A stretch of DNA of 64,000 nucleotides from Vicugna vicugna (Eukaryota). The DNA is taken from contig MU058482.1 in the NCBI GenBank assembly GCA_013265495.1, forward strand, positions 592,962 to 656,961, in the 5' to 3' direction. Positions within the stretch are counted from its first letter, which is position 1. Every line of letters starts with the position of its first letter. Below the pieces are notes generated by a model, which was not told the DNA's origin, searched no databases, and worked only from the letters and a program-made list of their open reading frames with translations. Shown here in pieces: positions 13,658 through 25,215 of the stretch. Both the position numbers and the translations under genes were made by a program.

Positions 13658-14131
13658 TGTCAACTGAAATAAAATCACACAACGTGAGAGTTGTGGGTCA
13701 AGTTTTATTTGGGGTAAAATGAGGACTATAGCCCGGGAGACAGCATCCCAGAAAGCTCTGAGAAACTGCCCCAAAGAGGCAGGGAGTAAACTCAGTATGA
13801 TATATGATTTCAGTGAAGGGTAGGGGGTACGTGCAGTCAAGTACACACTTAGGCAGAGGCTGCTGCTAGTCACGAGGAGCAGTTGTCACCATTAATGATT
13901 TTAGTGCTTTTCTAGATACGAGGAGACACAAGAATTGGGGTCAAAAAATCCTCTTCTGAAAATATCTAACTCTCTGAAGGCCTGTTCAGCCAGTTTTCCC
14001 AGAGCACAGAAGGCCTCATTCGTGATCTCCACCCTAAACTCCTTTCAGGGGTTGTTGGAGGTCAGTGACTGCAGCAGTTCGTGATTTAATCCAAGCAGAG
14101 GCAGATAGCAAGTGCCAGTTTTCAGTTAGCA
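13658..14131 (-). mobile_element. Solo LTR (ERV1/MER4-group-like)
   Basis: TG...CA ends, reverse poly(A)-like signal (TTTATT) near 13705, and a closely related second copy at about 53550-53930. Confidence 0.7.
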
Positions 14132-16144
14132 CATTCAGATGCTTCGTTAGCACGTTCCTCTGTAATGTGAGTAAATGTGTGTTTTCATTATTTTGCAGAT
14201 GAAGAAAGGGATACAAGGAGGATCAACCAAGATTCCACAGTCCAGATTCTAATTGAAGAAGAGCTGGACTAAATCATTCCTACAACCTCGTGCCCTCAGA
14301 ATACTAGTCACATAGCTGAGCTTATGGCCTGAAATGCCACTACCCAAACTATAGGCACACATTGTGTTTTGTGAAATGAGTGCCAGCGCATGATTTGTCC
14401 AAGGAGATCACCCGATGACACACGCTTTCATCAGGGCTGACCATCCAAGGGCCTATGTAGGGATTCGCACAACGTCTGTGCTCCAGGATAGGAGAGGAGA
14501 AAAGAGATGCAGGTTTCACTGCGACTGTATGTAACTAGGGGAACGACTCCCTCAAACACGACCCATACAGGATTCTCAGTCATTCTCAGTCCCCTGCAGC
14601 AGTGGGAGCCGTCTTGACTTTACCTCCCTCTTGCCAGTACTTCCCTCTGTGCTTGGCTGCAGTCGGGACTCATTGTTCCCTGAAGTGACTGTGTCTGGTC
14701 TACAACTGTCTGTGTCTCAGTGCACGCTCTCTTCCTTCCACTGGGGCCGCTAGGAGGATAGATGATGTGATCTCAGATGTAGTGATCCGGGTCTCCACTG
14801 TTTAACCACTAATTTAGCAGTTTCCAATCCAGACTCAGGAGAGGAATCTCAAGAAGGAAAGTTGGGTTCATTATTAACTTCTCCGTGCCTTTTAGAAATA
14901 CCATTTCTAATATATTGCCCTGTAATAGGAACTGATTCAAGAGAGAACTTTCTGGAAGCCTCTGTCAGTGGTTTTTGAAGTTTCCCTAGACCGTGAAGAA
15001 GAAATGTGAGAAGAAAGGGATGGAGAGAGAGAGAAAAGAGAGAGGAGGGAAAGGTGTATAATGAGAAAAGATTTATTTATGATATGGCAATTATTTTTTA
15101 TCTCTGAATTAATGGAATTCTTTACTGACTGCATTAGATGTGCCAAGCTCTGTGTTAAGTGCTAAAATCAGGAGGAAAGTGCAATGTGTTACCTTCTTTT
15201 TCTCATGCAACTCTTGTTCCAGATTTACATTTTGAACGCAGTAAGATGCCTTTATCCAAGCTCTGAAGGTACTATGGCCTCAGGTATCAAAATCTCCTAA
15301 GACTCTTCAGACCAGTTCAGTCTCTCCCCAACCCCCTTCTTTTTAATCATATTCCAGCCCACCAAAGGGCCATGTTACATAGAGAGGCCTAATACTTGGA
15401 ACAAACAGAGCCAGGGAGGGCTGTTTGCAAAGGAGGAACCCAGGTTCCTCTAGGTTTTTACTAATGTCCCCTGTTCCTCTTCACATAAAGATTCTCCATC
15501 TCATCGCCTCCTGATGCTGGAAACTTGAGTCTTTGAATTTCTTACTGCTCAAAATTCTGCAGAACGTTAAAGCAGTTTGCTAAGTTCTTCTTGAGTTTTT
15601 TCCTTTGCTCCACTTGCATTGAATTTACTTTCTCTATTTTTAATCTGGATCTGATTATTGCTTCCACTCCATGCCAACTAACAACCTGAAAAAACTCAGA
15701 GGGCTTTCTGTAAACTCTATCAAAGAATTACAAAAGAATGAATACCTGGGGTTGCATAAGGGATGCCAACCTCGGTTTCTAGAATCTTGCGTTTATTCAC
15801 ATCTGTGCTATTTTCTACACACAACTGTCATTGACATTCCCAGTGCTTGCATTTCATTATGTAAAATGAGAATTTTATCTTTGTAAACCAGCCGTTTATG
15901 GCCTGTGCCCTCTGTTCCTGAAACTGTGTTAATCACAGGATATATCAAGACACATGAAATGTAGTCTTGATCCCCAAGTAACTTCTGGAACCTAAATGTG
16001 TGATGGAAGTAGTAACCCTTGTATGCACATGGTTTTATGGGAGCTCAGAGGGTGGAGGAAGTTATTTTCCCTGATGGGTGCAGGAAGGATTCCAAGAGGA
16101 GCCTCCATCTGAGCAGGGCCATGAAATGAGCAGGTGTTTGAGGG

Positions 16145-16364
16145 GAGGGATAAATTAGGCGTTTGGAATTAACAGATACACACTACTGTATATAACAGAT
16201 AAACAACAAGAACCTATTGTATGGCACAGGGAATTAAAATCAGTATCTTTAAAAACCTATAAAGGGAAAGAATATAAATACAAATATAGATATAAATAAC
16301 CGAGTCACTTTGCTGTACACTTGAAACTAACACAACTTGTAAATCAACTGTCTTTCAATAAAAA
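16145..16364 (+). mobile_element. L1 3'-end fragment flanked by a TGTTTGAGGG direct repeat
   Basis: L1 3' UTR sequence like the copy at 9400-9640, AATAAAAA tail; repeat at 16135-16144 and 16371-16380. Confidence 0.8.
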
Positions 16365-16380
16365 GTTATCTGTTTGAGGG

Positions 16381-17229
16381 CTTCCTCCTCACCCTCCTGT
16401 TGCAACCACCGCATCCGCTGGGCTGAGGAGCCGGGAGTCCGCGGCGCCGGCTCGGGGCTCCGGGATGGGAGTTAGCGCCACCGCGGCGGCAGTGGCCCCG
16501 GGAGCCCGTCCCGCCGGGGACGCCGGGCGCGGCCAGCCGGCCCCGAGCCAGGCCCGCGGGCAGCAGCGGTGGTGGCGGAGCGGGGCAGGTGGATGCGGCT
16601 GGAGCATGACTCTCCCGGGCCGGGCAGCGTCAGGCGGCCGTGCGGGCGGGCGCTGCACTGGATCCGCGTGGTGCTCATCAGCCTCCGGCTGGGCTGGTCC
16701 TACGACGCCTACGCCATCCAGCTGCGCACAGCACCCACGGGCAATATTGTAGAACAGGTTGTTTGCCTGATGGCTTATCATCTGCTTTTCGCAACGTTTG
16801 CGTGGTCGTATTGGAAAACTATCTGTACGTTACCAATGAATCCTTCAAAACAATCTATGCAGAGAAATAATCGCTGGAGAGAGAGGCAAGAGGAGAAGCG
16901 CATCAGGAAGTTCTTAGCTGAGCAACCAAAGATCTTCCCATCTACACCGGGACCATGTCTGGAGCAATGCGCTCCTACGACACATGCCAAATTATCAAAC
17001 CAGACCGCTGCCATCACTGTTCCGTCTGCGATAAATGTATTTTGAAGATGGGTCATCATTGCCCGTGGGGCATTTAGAAGTCCAGTATTTCAGCACGAAC
17101 TAAATGGCGTGCTGTATGGAAACTGAGTTTAAGATAATCTTAAGTGGTGTGTTTGTTGATGCCAAAATGTTTGGCTTCAGTAAATATACTAACAAGCTCT
17201 TGGGCCTTGTATGCACTATTGAAAAAAAA
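16381..17229 (+). pseudogene. ZDHHC2: Processed pseudogene of palmitoyltransferase ZDHHC2
   Basis: GC-rich 5' UTR, ATG 16606, intronless WIRVVLISLRLGWSYDAYAIQL...EQVVCLMAYHLLFATFAWSYWKTICTLPMNPSK, then after frameshifts [47 protein letters not shown], jump to AFRSPVF, UTR-like sequence and an A-run at 17222-17229. Confidence 0.92.
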
Positions 17230-19377
17230 GTTTTATTTTATTCTTTTTTTTTTCAATGGTATTAGTTTGGGGGGGAAGAAAAGATGAGCAGGGGTTTGCC
17301 GAGTTAAGAGGGAAAGGATGGGCTTTCTAGACCGAGGAATTGGTGTGGAACAAAGCGCAAGGGTGGGGAAAGCCTGAGTGCTAAGAGCTGGAGGCTAAAT
17401 CACTGGCCCAGTTTCTAGGTGAGAAAAATTAAAATTAGATTCTTGAACTGGTAAAATATCATCTTTCAACAAAATTAATCCTCATAATTTTTTTTTTTAC
17501 TATCTTTCTATCAGAAAATGTGATCATGTTACTACTGATGCCATTAACTAAATATGAACACAAATGTTAGCCAGGTCAAGACTGGAGGCAGAGCTAACAG
17601 CACTGTATTGTCACCTTTTTTTTTTTTTTTGGAATTCTTTAATTCCTTCGGTTTTTCAGTGAGTTTTTCCCATACACGTTGTTTGTGAGGCAGTTTTCTC
17701 AGTGATGGGGGTGTAAAATGAATTAGGTATAATGCAGCCCTTCTGTGATGCTTTAGAGTTTCAATGGGCAGCAAGGCTCTACTCAAGTGTTTATAACACG
17801 AGGTAAAAACCACATACTGCTGTCATAGTGGGTCTGTCTGGCTTAGGAGCTGATCCAATTGGCCCATTCAATGGGTTGTTATTTTTTTGTTTTTAATTTT
17901 TGGAGTTGGTGGTAACCTCTCCAAATGGAGATTTTGACATAGAAAATCTGGGTTCCTGGCTTGCTCTAAAATAGCCCCCAAACTTGGCCACCATTACCTC
18001 CATGTAACCATCTGCTACAGCTGAGTTACAGCCACCCCTCCTTAAAAACCCATGAAATCTTCCTTGATTCCACTCCTCCCTCTTGACTCCCATCTGTCTG
18101 TTACTCCGTGAGGATACCTGCCTGGCTCCTGTAGCCATTAGTGTTTATGAGCCATCAGACTTGTTAAGTGTCCTGAGAGAAATCTAGCTGATACTCTACC
18201 CAATCCTTGACTATTCTCCTTTAAATTGTGTTCAGAGAACAGTCCCCAAACACATTTTCTGATAGTTTCCTCTATATGTTCCCTCTGCAGGTTTTTAACT
18301 GCCCTCCATTGCCTTCAAATGAAATCCAAATGACCTAGCTGACAGGAAAGATCCTGGGCTGAGGATCTGTTTATTGGAAACAGAAATCAGTACAAACTCA
18401 TAATAAAAGTACACTGGATTCTTAGCATGATTTTGTGTTTACTATCAAAAGACTGCTAAATGTGAGCTTGTTCTGTTATTTCATTAGTTTAATCACCACA
18501 GAAGTGTTACAGCAGCCACTGAATTATCAGCCAATGTCATTATGCCATTATTTGTAATCGAGAGACATTGTAAAATATAGTCCAGAAAAGAGATCTTCTG
18601 CATTGTGGTAAAAAACAACTGTTGAGGACGTTGGCCACAGGGTTTCTCAGAGCCTTCTTGACGTCCAGTACTTGCAATTTCTTCAGCCCCGGGGTATTCT
18701 TGCAATGTGTGCCCTTACCCTGCTGATAGGTCAGTGCCAACTGTCAATACTTTCTGCACGTGGCTTTCTGAATGTGGTGACTGTCTACGAGAATGGCAGT
18801 GCACACCATTCGAAGGACTGTGGGAATAACATGGTGTGGGTTAATTTACTTGTGATGAATGAAAGGAGGTAAGTAACCTGAGCTCAAAAGGCAATTGGTG
18901 TATTGCTGTCTCCCTGGTCCCTTGGGTTCAGCAAGATAGCCCTAGGTGCATCAACGAGGTGGTGGCTTCCTTGTTATTTTCAGCACTCTTTGCATTTATT
19001 TTCAACACTCCATAGGCATAAAAAGTGTGAATGATGCTGAAATCTTTTGCTCTATAGCACCCATCAAAGCTTCCCCTTAGTTTTAATGAGTTTTAGATCT
19101 TTTGTTTTCCTATTAGAGCAAAGATTGATGAACTTCATTGGAGACAGCTAAGAACAGGAACTACTCCATCAACTTTGCTGGCTGACAGGTATCCCCCAAT
19201 GTGTTAGCCAGTTAGCCAGGCTTCACACCTAGACAGTCTCAGAAGCATAAGATCACCCTGTAGTCTTCTGTGCTGATCTTTTCACTTGCTCAATTAAGGT
19301 GTAAGAATCGCATGCTTCCTGCAAAATAATAATTACATGTTTCTCTTGATAAGTTAAAGCAACAACAACAAGAAATA

Positions 19378-19970
19378 TACATTCGTCAGTTTTCTCCAGA
19401 GAAGCAGAACCAATAGGGCGTTATTTAATATATATAATGAGATTAAAAGAATTTTTCTGGGGGGGTAGTTAGGTTTATTCATTTATTTATTTTTAATAGA
19501 TATACTAGGCATTGAACCCAGGACCTCGTGCTTACTAAGCCCGTGCTCTGCCACTGAGCTATTACCCTCCCTCCATAACAAGATTTGTTATAAGGAATTG
19601 GTCCATGCAATTATGGAGGCTGGCAAGTTCTAAGATCTCCAGGGTGAGTCAGCAAGTTACAGACCCAGGAGAGCTGATGTTTCATTTTGAGTCAGAAAGC
19701 AGGAAAAAGCCTATGTCCCACTTTGAAGGCCATCAGACAGGAGAATTCTCTCTTATTTGGGGGAAGGGTCAGCCTTTTTGTTCTATTCAGGCCTTCAATT
19801 GATTGGATGAGGCCCACCCACATTAGGGAGCACAGTCTGCTTTACTCAGTCTGCCAATTTAAATATTAGTCTCATCCAAAACCACCCTAGAAATACCCAG
19901 AATGATGTTTGACTGAATATCTGGGCATCTCATTGCTCAGTCAAGTTAACTCATAAAACTAAGCATCACA
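19378..19970 (-). mobile_element. MLT2-type (ERVL) LTR interrupted by a SINE
   Basis: TTCTCCAGAGAAGCAGAACCAATAGG ... GATTGGATGAGGCCCACCCACATTAGGGAG ... GTCAAGTTAACTCATAAAACTAAGCATCACA. Confidence 0.75.
19458..19575 (-). mobile_element. tRNA-derived SINE (Vic-1-like)
   Basis: ATTGAACCCAGGACCTCGTGCTTACTAAGCCCGTGCTCTGCCACTGAGCTATTACCCTCC on plus is the reverse complement of the SINE head. Confidence 0.85.
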
Positions 19971-20131
19971 TATATCAGATGTACATACATATATGTATAT
20001 ATAATATAATCATTTTATTTCAGGTAATCAATCTATTTCTTCTGCAGTTAAGCATAATCTTTTAAGAAAATCAGATTTACATAATAGAAAAATTCAGAAA
20101 TGTAGGTTGCATTTTCTGTAGATATTCCTTT

Positions 20132-20155
20132 ACACACACACACACACACACACAC
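20132..20155. repeat. (AC)n microsatellite
   Basis: About 12 AC units. Confidence 0.9.
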
Positions 20156-20657
20156 CCCTATATCTTTATCAGGGATTCAGAGAACTACAAGTGTGTGAGT
20201 TGGAAGGAACTTGGACTTTTTTTCTAAGTCTTTCATTTAGCAGCTAAGGATCAGAATGGTGGAGTGATTTATCTAGATGACACAGAAAAGTAAAGGTGGA
20301 ACTGGAATTAAACACATGGCTCCTTGATACAAGGATTCCATTAGTACTTCGTGACTGAAAAAATGAGGTGGGTCTATGTGCAACCTGCAGAGGTCGCCAG
20401 AAGGATGTGCAGAGTCAAGGTAGTGGGAAGGAGGGAAGGCAGGAGGGAGGAGCTAAAACTGGATGCATAAGAGGAAGGAAGGGATGACAAGGTGAGCTCC
20501 TCGAGTGAGCACAGAAGAGTGAGGAAGAGGAGGAAGGGAGAGAACGTGAAGTACTGAGGGGCTGGAGTCTGCGGAAGGACCGACCGGCCAACCAGGGGAA
20601 GTGAGACACAGATGCCCCACTCTCTGTCTCTCCGTTCCCTCTTCTAGAACAAACCAC

Positions 20658-21010
20658 ATGACTCAGATGTAGATCCTCTTCCTACTCTCTGCTGGACAAG
20701 ACTGTCTTCCTGGAGGCCAAGAACTTTGTAAATCTCCCTGGTCCACTCCACAGACTCCTCAGCTCCATCAGTTGGGCTGAGGGCACTCGCTGCGAATGAA
20801 GTAAGACCTTCCCACCCCGACAGGGTTGGTTCTCCGTGCTCAGCAGCATCAGGCAAGGTGGCTCACTCTCTCCTTGATGAGGCTGACCCGGAAGTGGGGC
20901 TTCTTGGGACAGAAGCGAGGATGAAAAGTATTGTGAGACCTGTGGAGCGCCCTCAGGACAGATAGTCAAGGCAAGCTGCATGTTGGTCTCTGGAACACCA
21001 CTGTTTCCTG
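20658..21010 (+). pseudogene. Highly decayed RNase A pseudogene, third member of the 38652/10635 family
   Basis: Acceptor CTTCTAG ending 20647, ATG 20658, LLDKTVF (vs LLEQTVF/LLDRTVF), RCE*SKTF at about 20788-20811 where CKxxNTF is expected; upstream sequence shares GAGAGAAC(G/T)TG(A/C)AGTACTG and CAGGGGAAG(TG)AGAC with the region before 10635. Confidence 0.6.
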
Positions 21011-22180
21011 CCTCTTCCATGACCTCCCAGGGCTCTCGTTCTCAGCCATCTCCGCAGTTCCTCCTCCCTGGTACTTGGATTTTTGAGAGCGCGAATGTCA
21101 GTGTGTCCTCTTCTTCATCTACACACACTCTCTTGGTGACTTTACCCAGTCTCAAGGCTTTTAACTGCCACTGATTCTCCCACAACTGCCAGATTGATAC
21201 CTTTAGCCCAGCTCTCTCTCCTGAACTTAGACTCATATAGTCAACTGTCCACTTGACATCTTTGCTGAGTGTCTAATACACACCTCGAACTTAACACGTC
21301 CCAAATGGAAAGAATTATCTTCTCCCCTCCTCCTCCCCTTAAACTGCTTCCCCATCAGCATCCCCCACCCCAGATGAAGGTAAAAACATCCTTTCCATTC
21401 AGAGGCCAACAACTTTGCTGTTATTCTCTATTCCTTTCTTTTTCTTCGGTCCCACTTCCAACCCATCAGTAAAGTCAGATGTTTTCATCTTCAAGGCACA
21501 TCCAGCATCCCCGGGTCTCTCACTGCCTCCACTGCTGCCACCTAGTCTGAGGGACCATTTCCTCCCACTGGGGTTACTATAAAGGCCCCAGACCTAGTCT
21601 TCGGGCTTCTACCGTTGACTTCACACACAGCAGCCTGGGTAATCCAGACATAATTCAGATCATGTAACTCTGCTCAGAATTCTCTAGGTCCTCTTCATTT
21701 CACTCCGCATATAAGCTAAAATCCTCATAAAGGTCCTTATGCTCTTAAGTGATCTGTCCTCCCACACCCTTATCTTTCAGAACAAATCCCCTACAGTTCT
21801 CCCTCTTCCTCTCTCTCCTCTAGTATCTGACTTCTTTACTGTTCCTGAAAGACAGACACATTCTTGCATTAAGACACTTTCCCCCAGATATATGCAAGGC
21901 TAGCTAGCATGCTGCCTTTTAAGTCTTTGCTTACACGTCGCCTTATCAAGCAGGCTTACCTTAACTACCCTATTTAAAAATGCTACGCAAAGCTTCCCCC
22001 AACCCAATTCTGCATCCTGCTGTGTTTTGCCCAAGAGCTCATCACCCTGTCTGTACAACTTACATATTTGTTCTGTTTATTACCTCTCTATGTCTTTTTT
22101 TTTTAAATTTTGGTCTGATGTTTCCCACATACCTCTAACAGTGTCTCACACATAGGTACTCAAGAAATGTTTGCTGAATA
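20990..22180 (+). mobile_element. L2 LINE 3' portion; includes left arm of the inverted repeat (21194-22176)
   Basis: L2-type motifs (CCAGCTCTCTCTCCTGAACTTAGACTCATATAGTCAACTGTCCACTTGACATCT; 3' end GGTACTCAAGAAATGTTTGCTGAATAA). Confidence 0.75.
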
Positions 22181-22553
22181 AGTCTTTCCAAATCCACTAC
22201 ACACTATTCCTGAGATGTTAAGGTCTCTGACTCCGCTCCATGCCAGCCCTTACCAGCTGCTTGTGCAACTGAAGCTCAGCACTGGTTACCCAGAAAACCT
22301 AATGGGGGGGCTTGTGTAGACACCCCCTTTCCTAGTAGGTCAGGGGCTGGTGATCCAACCCCTTTTTATCTGTGGGGAACTTCAGTCTTCGTTCTAATGC
22401 TTCCCTTCCGAAATTCGGACTCCTCGCTGACCCCAGCCCACTGCCTTTCTCACAGCCTCTCCAGTGGCCGAGGGCCCTTGACAGCAAAGCGGAGCGGGGG
22501 CTGGCGGCCCTAGGCCACCCTCAGTGACCGCCATGTGTAAATGCGGCTTCCCG

Positions 22554-22567
22554 CCAGCAGAGGGCAG
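22554..22567 (+). promoter_or_regulatory. CTCF-like motif inside the CpG-rich spacer of the inverted repeat
   Basis: CCAGCAGAGGGCAG matches consensus CCASYAGRKGGCRS fully. Confidence 0.6.
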
Positions 22568-22976
22568 GAGCTGCCGCGAAATTCTGTGCTGGGCTCGCGC
22601 CTTGCTCCCGCCTGGCCAGTTTTCTCGGCTGCTTCCCCTCTCTTCCCCACACTCCTCTCTCTCTTCCTGGGCAGGGATGAAGGAAACAGGGGCCCTGGAG
22701 AGTCGGCGAGTTCTGGCGTGCACGCGTGTGTGGCGATGGGGTGGTGGGCACCTATGCCGGAAAGCCATGCTCCCACCCTGGGTTGATGCCCTCGGGCTCA
22801 CAGACCGCTCTATCTGCGCACCCGGCCGCTCTGATGAAACTCCGATGGCGCTGACGCTCAGTCCCGAGTGACCCGGCGCATAGTGTTTTCTTCGGGTCGC
22901 TTCATCCCCAGAGGCTCCGCCACCGCAGGGGCGGGACATGGGTTCCTGGAGGGGGGTCTGGAAGCTCTGCTCGGCG

Positions 22977-23898
22977 GCAAACATTTCTTGAGTATCTACG
23001 TGTGAGATGCTGCGGGAGTAATTAGACCGAAAGAGAGAGAAAGAGAGAGGGAGAGGTAATACACAGAAGAAATATGTAAGTTGTACAGACGGGTAGGGTG
23101 ATGAGTTCTTGGGGAAAATACAGCAGGACGCAGAATTGGGTTGGGGGGAGGAAAGAAGCTACTTAAAAAAGGCAGCATGCTGCCTAGCCTTGCATGTATC
23201 TGGGGGAAAGTGTCTTACAGCGAGAATGTGTCTGTCTTTCAGGAACAGTAAAGAAGTCAGATACTAGAGGAGAGAGAGGAAGAGGGAGAACTGTAGGGGA
23301 TTTGTTCTGAAAGATAAGGGTATGGGAGGACAGATCACTTAAGAGCATAAGGACCTTTACGAGGATTTTAGCTTATATGCGGAGTGAAATGAAGAGGACC
23401 CAGAAAATTCTGAGCAGAGTTACATGATCTGAATTATGTCTGGAAGGGATTACCCAGGCTGCTGTGTGTGAAGTCAACGGTAGAAGCCCGAAGACTAGGT
23501 CTGGGGCCTTTATAGTAACCCCAGTGGGAGGAAATGGTCCCTCAGACTAGGTGGCAGCAGTGGAGGCAGTGAGAGAGCCGGGGATGCTGGATGTGCCTTG
23601 AAGATGAAAACATCTGACTTCACTGATGGGTTGGAAGTGGGACCAAAGAAAAAGAAAGGAATAGAGAATAACAGCAAAGTTGTTGGCCTCTGAATGGAAA
23701 GGATGTCTTTACCTTCATCTGGGGTGGGGGATGCTGATGGGGAAGCAGTTTAAGGGGAGGAGGAGGGGAGAAGATAATTCTTTCCATTTGGGACGTGTTA
23801 AGTTCGAGGTGTGTATTAGACACTCAGCAAAGATGTCAAGTGGACAGTTGACTATATGAGTCTAAGTTCAGGAGAGAGAGCTGGAGTAAAGGTATCAA
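22977..23898 (-). repeat. Right arm of inverted repeat (inverted copy of 21194-22176, L2-derived)
   Basis: Reverse-complement identity; ORFs 21269-21472(+) and 23620-23823(-) translate to 67-aa peptides differing at one residue. Confidence 0.95.
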
Positions 23899-24829
23899 CT
23901 TCCATCATAGGCTTCTGAAGTCTGGCTCATTTAAAGTGAGTCCCAAATGCCAGGCTGGGGAAAGGTCATGACAGAATCACTTGAAGAAAGATTTCGAAGT
24001 GCTGACTCCTCAGCTCCCAAACTCTGCAATTTTCTAAATGCAACAGAGGCATAGGCAAGATTCCCTTTGTGACTGAGTAGAACACAAAGATTAGGTATCA
24101 GTGATCACCACAATGGCTTAGTTTCTGCTAAGCCGTCCTAATAAAGAAGCATGGGACATGCCCACTCATTTGACGTCTTAGTAAAAGAATCCTCATTCTC
24201 AGACTCTTCGGAAGTCATCGATAAATGACCAGTTATGATGATCTGATTTGATACAAACAGTATTCACCTTCCTCTGCCTAGAGTAGCAACTTGATACTAG
24301 AAAAAACACGGTTGGGTTCCTGGCCTCTCAAAAGGTCAAAGGAGAGCAGCAGGGTGGGTATGAATCCAGGTTTCAGTATGGGACAACTTCTCCTTGACCA
24401 CATACCTCGACCTCTGCCCGATATTCTATAGCAGCAAGTCTCAAAGTCTTTGCTCTCAGTATCACTTTACACTCTCAGAGTTATTGAGAGCTGTAAAGAG
24501 CTTTTGTTTATGTTGATTGTATCTATGTATATTTACCTGATTAGAAATTAGAACCAAGAAATTTTAGAATGCTTAGTCACTCACAAATTGTTCAATAGTA
24601 ACAATAATGAATCATTAAATGTTGATATGTATCATACTTTTAAAAAAAGCTTTATTTTCTAGAACAAAAAATATTGCTAAGAAGAATGCTGTTAATCAAT
24701 GCAGTTATCACCATTAATATGAAGCATGTAGTACTACCAGCTTGATTTCACCATTAAAAAATAACTATGAAAAAAAAAGAATGCCATTGTTTCACATTTT
24801 CTTTTCTTTTTAAAAAACTTATTTTTACT

Positions 24830-25055
24830 TGTTTTTTTATTTTATTTTATTTTTTATTTTTTTTAACATTTTTTATTGATTTTATTAATCATTTTACAAT
24901 GTTGTGTCAAATTCCAGTGTTCGGCACAATTTTTCAGTCATACATGGACATATACACACTCATTGTCACATTTTTTTCTCTGTGAGTTATCATAACATTT
25001 TGTGTATATTTCCCTGTGCTATACAGTGTAATCTTGTTTACCTATTCTACAATTA
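24830..25055 (-). mobile_element. L1 3'-end fragment
   Basis: T-rich tail then TTACAATGTTGTGTCAAATTCCAGTG...TTCCCTGTGCTATACAGTG. Confidence 0.75.
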
Positions 25056-25099
25056 TTTTTACTTATATTTAAAATGTAATTTATTTTGAAAAATTTTGT

Positions 25100-25215
25100 T
25101 GGGGAGTGGTAATTAGGTTTGCTTATTTCATTTTTAATGGAGGTACTGGGGATTGAACTCAGGACCTCAAACATGCTAGGCATGCACTCTACGACTAAGC
25201 TATGCCCTCCCCCCA
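25100..25215 (-). mobile_element. tRNA-derived SINE (Vic-1-like)
   Basis: GGTAATTAGGTTTGCTTATTTCATTTTTAATGGAGGTACTGGGGATTGAACTCAGGACCTC...CTAAGCTATGCCCTCCCCC. Confidence 0.85.

Larger units (their letters stand above)
15375..19200 (+). repeat. Old segmental duplication, copy A (paralogous to about 32570-35150)
   Basis: Collinear matches, e.g. GGAGGAACCCAGGT...GAATTTCT(T/C)ACTGCTCAAAAT(T/C)CTGCA (about 15432-15560 vs 32632-32757) and GCAATTTCTTCAGCCC(C)GGGGTATTCTTGCAATG...CTTACCCTGCTGATAGG (about 18674 vs 34774). Confidence 0.8.

Noticed and set aside
22394..22984. 196-aa and overlapping ORFs in the CpG-rich spacer
   Set aside because: Stop-poor GC-rich DNA opens several frames on both strands; no recognisable domain
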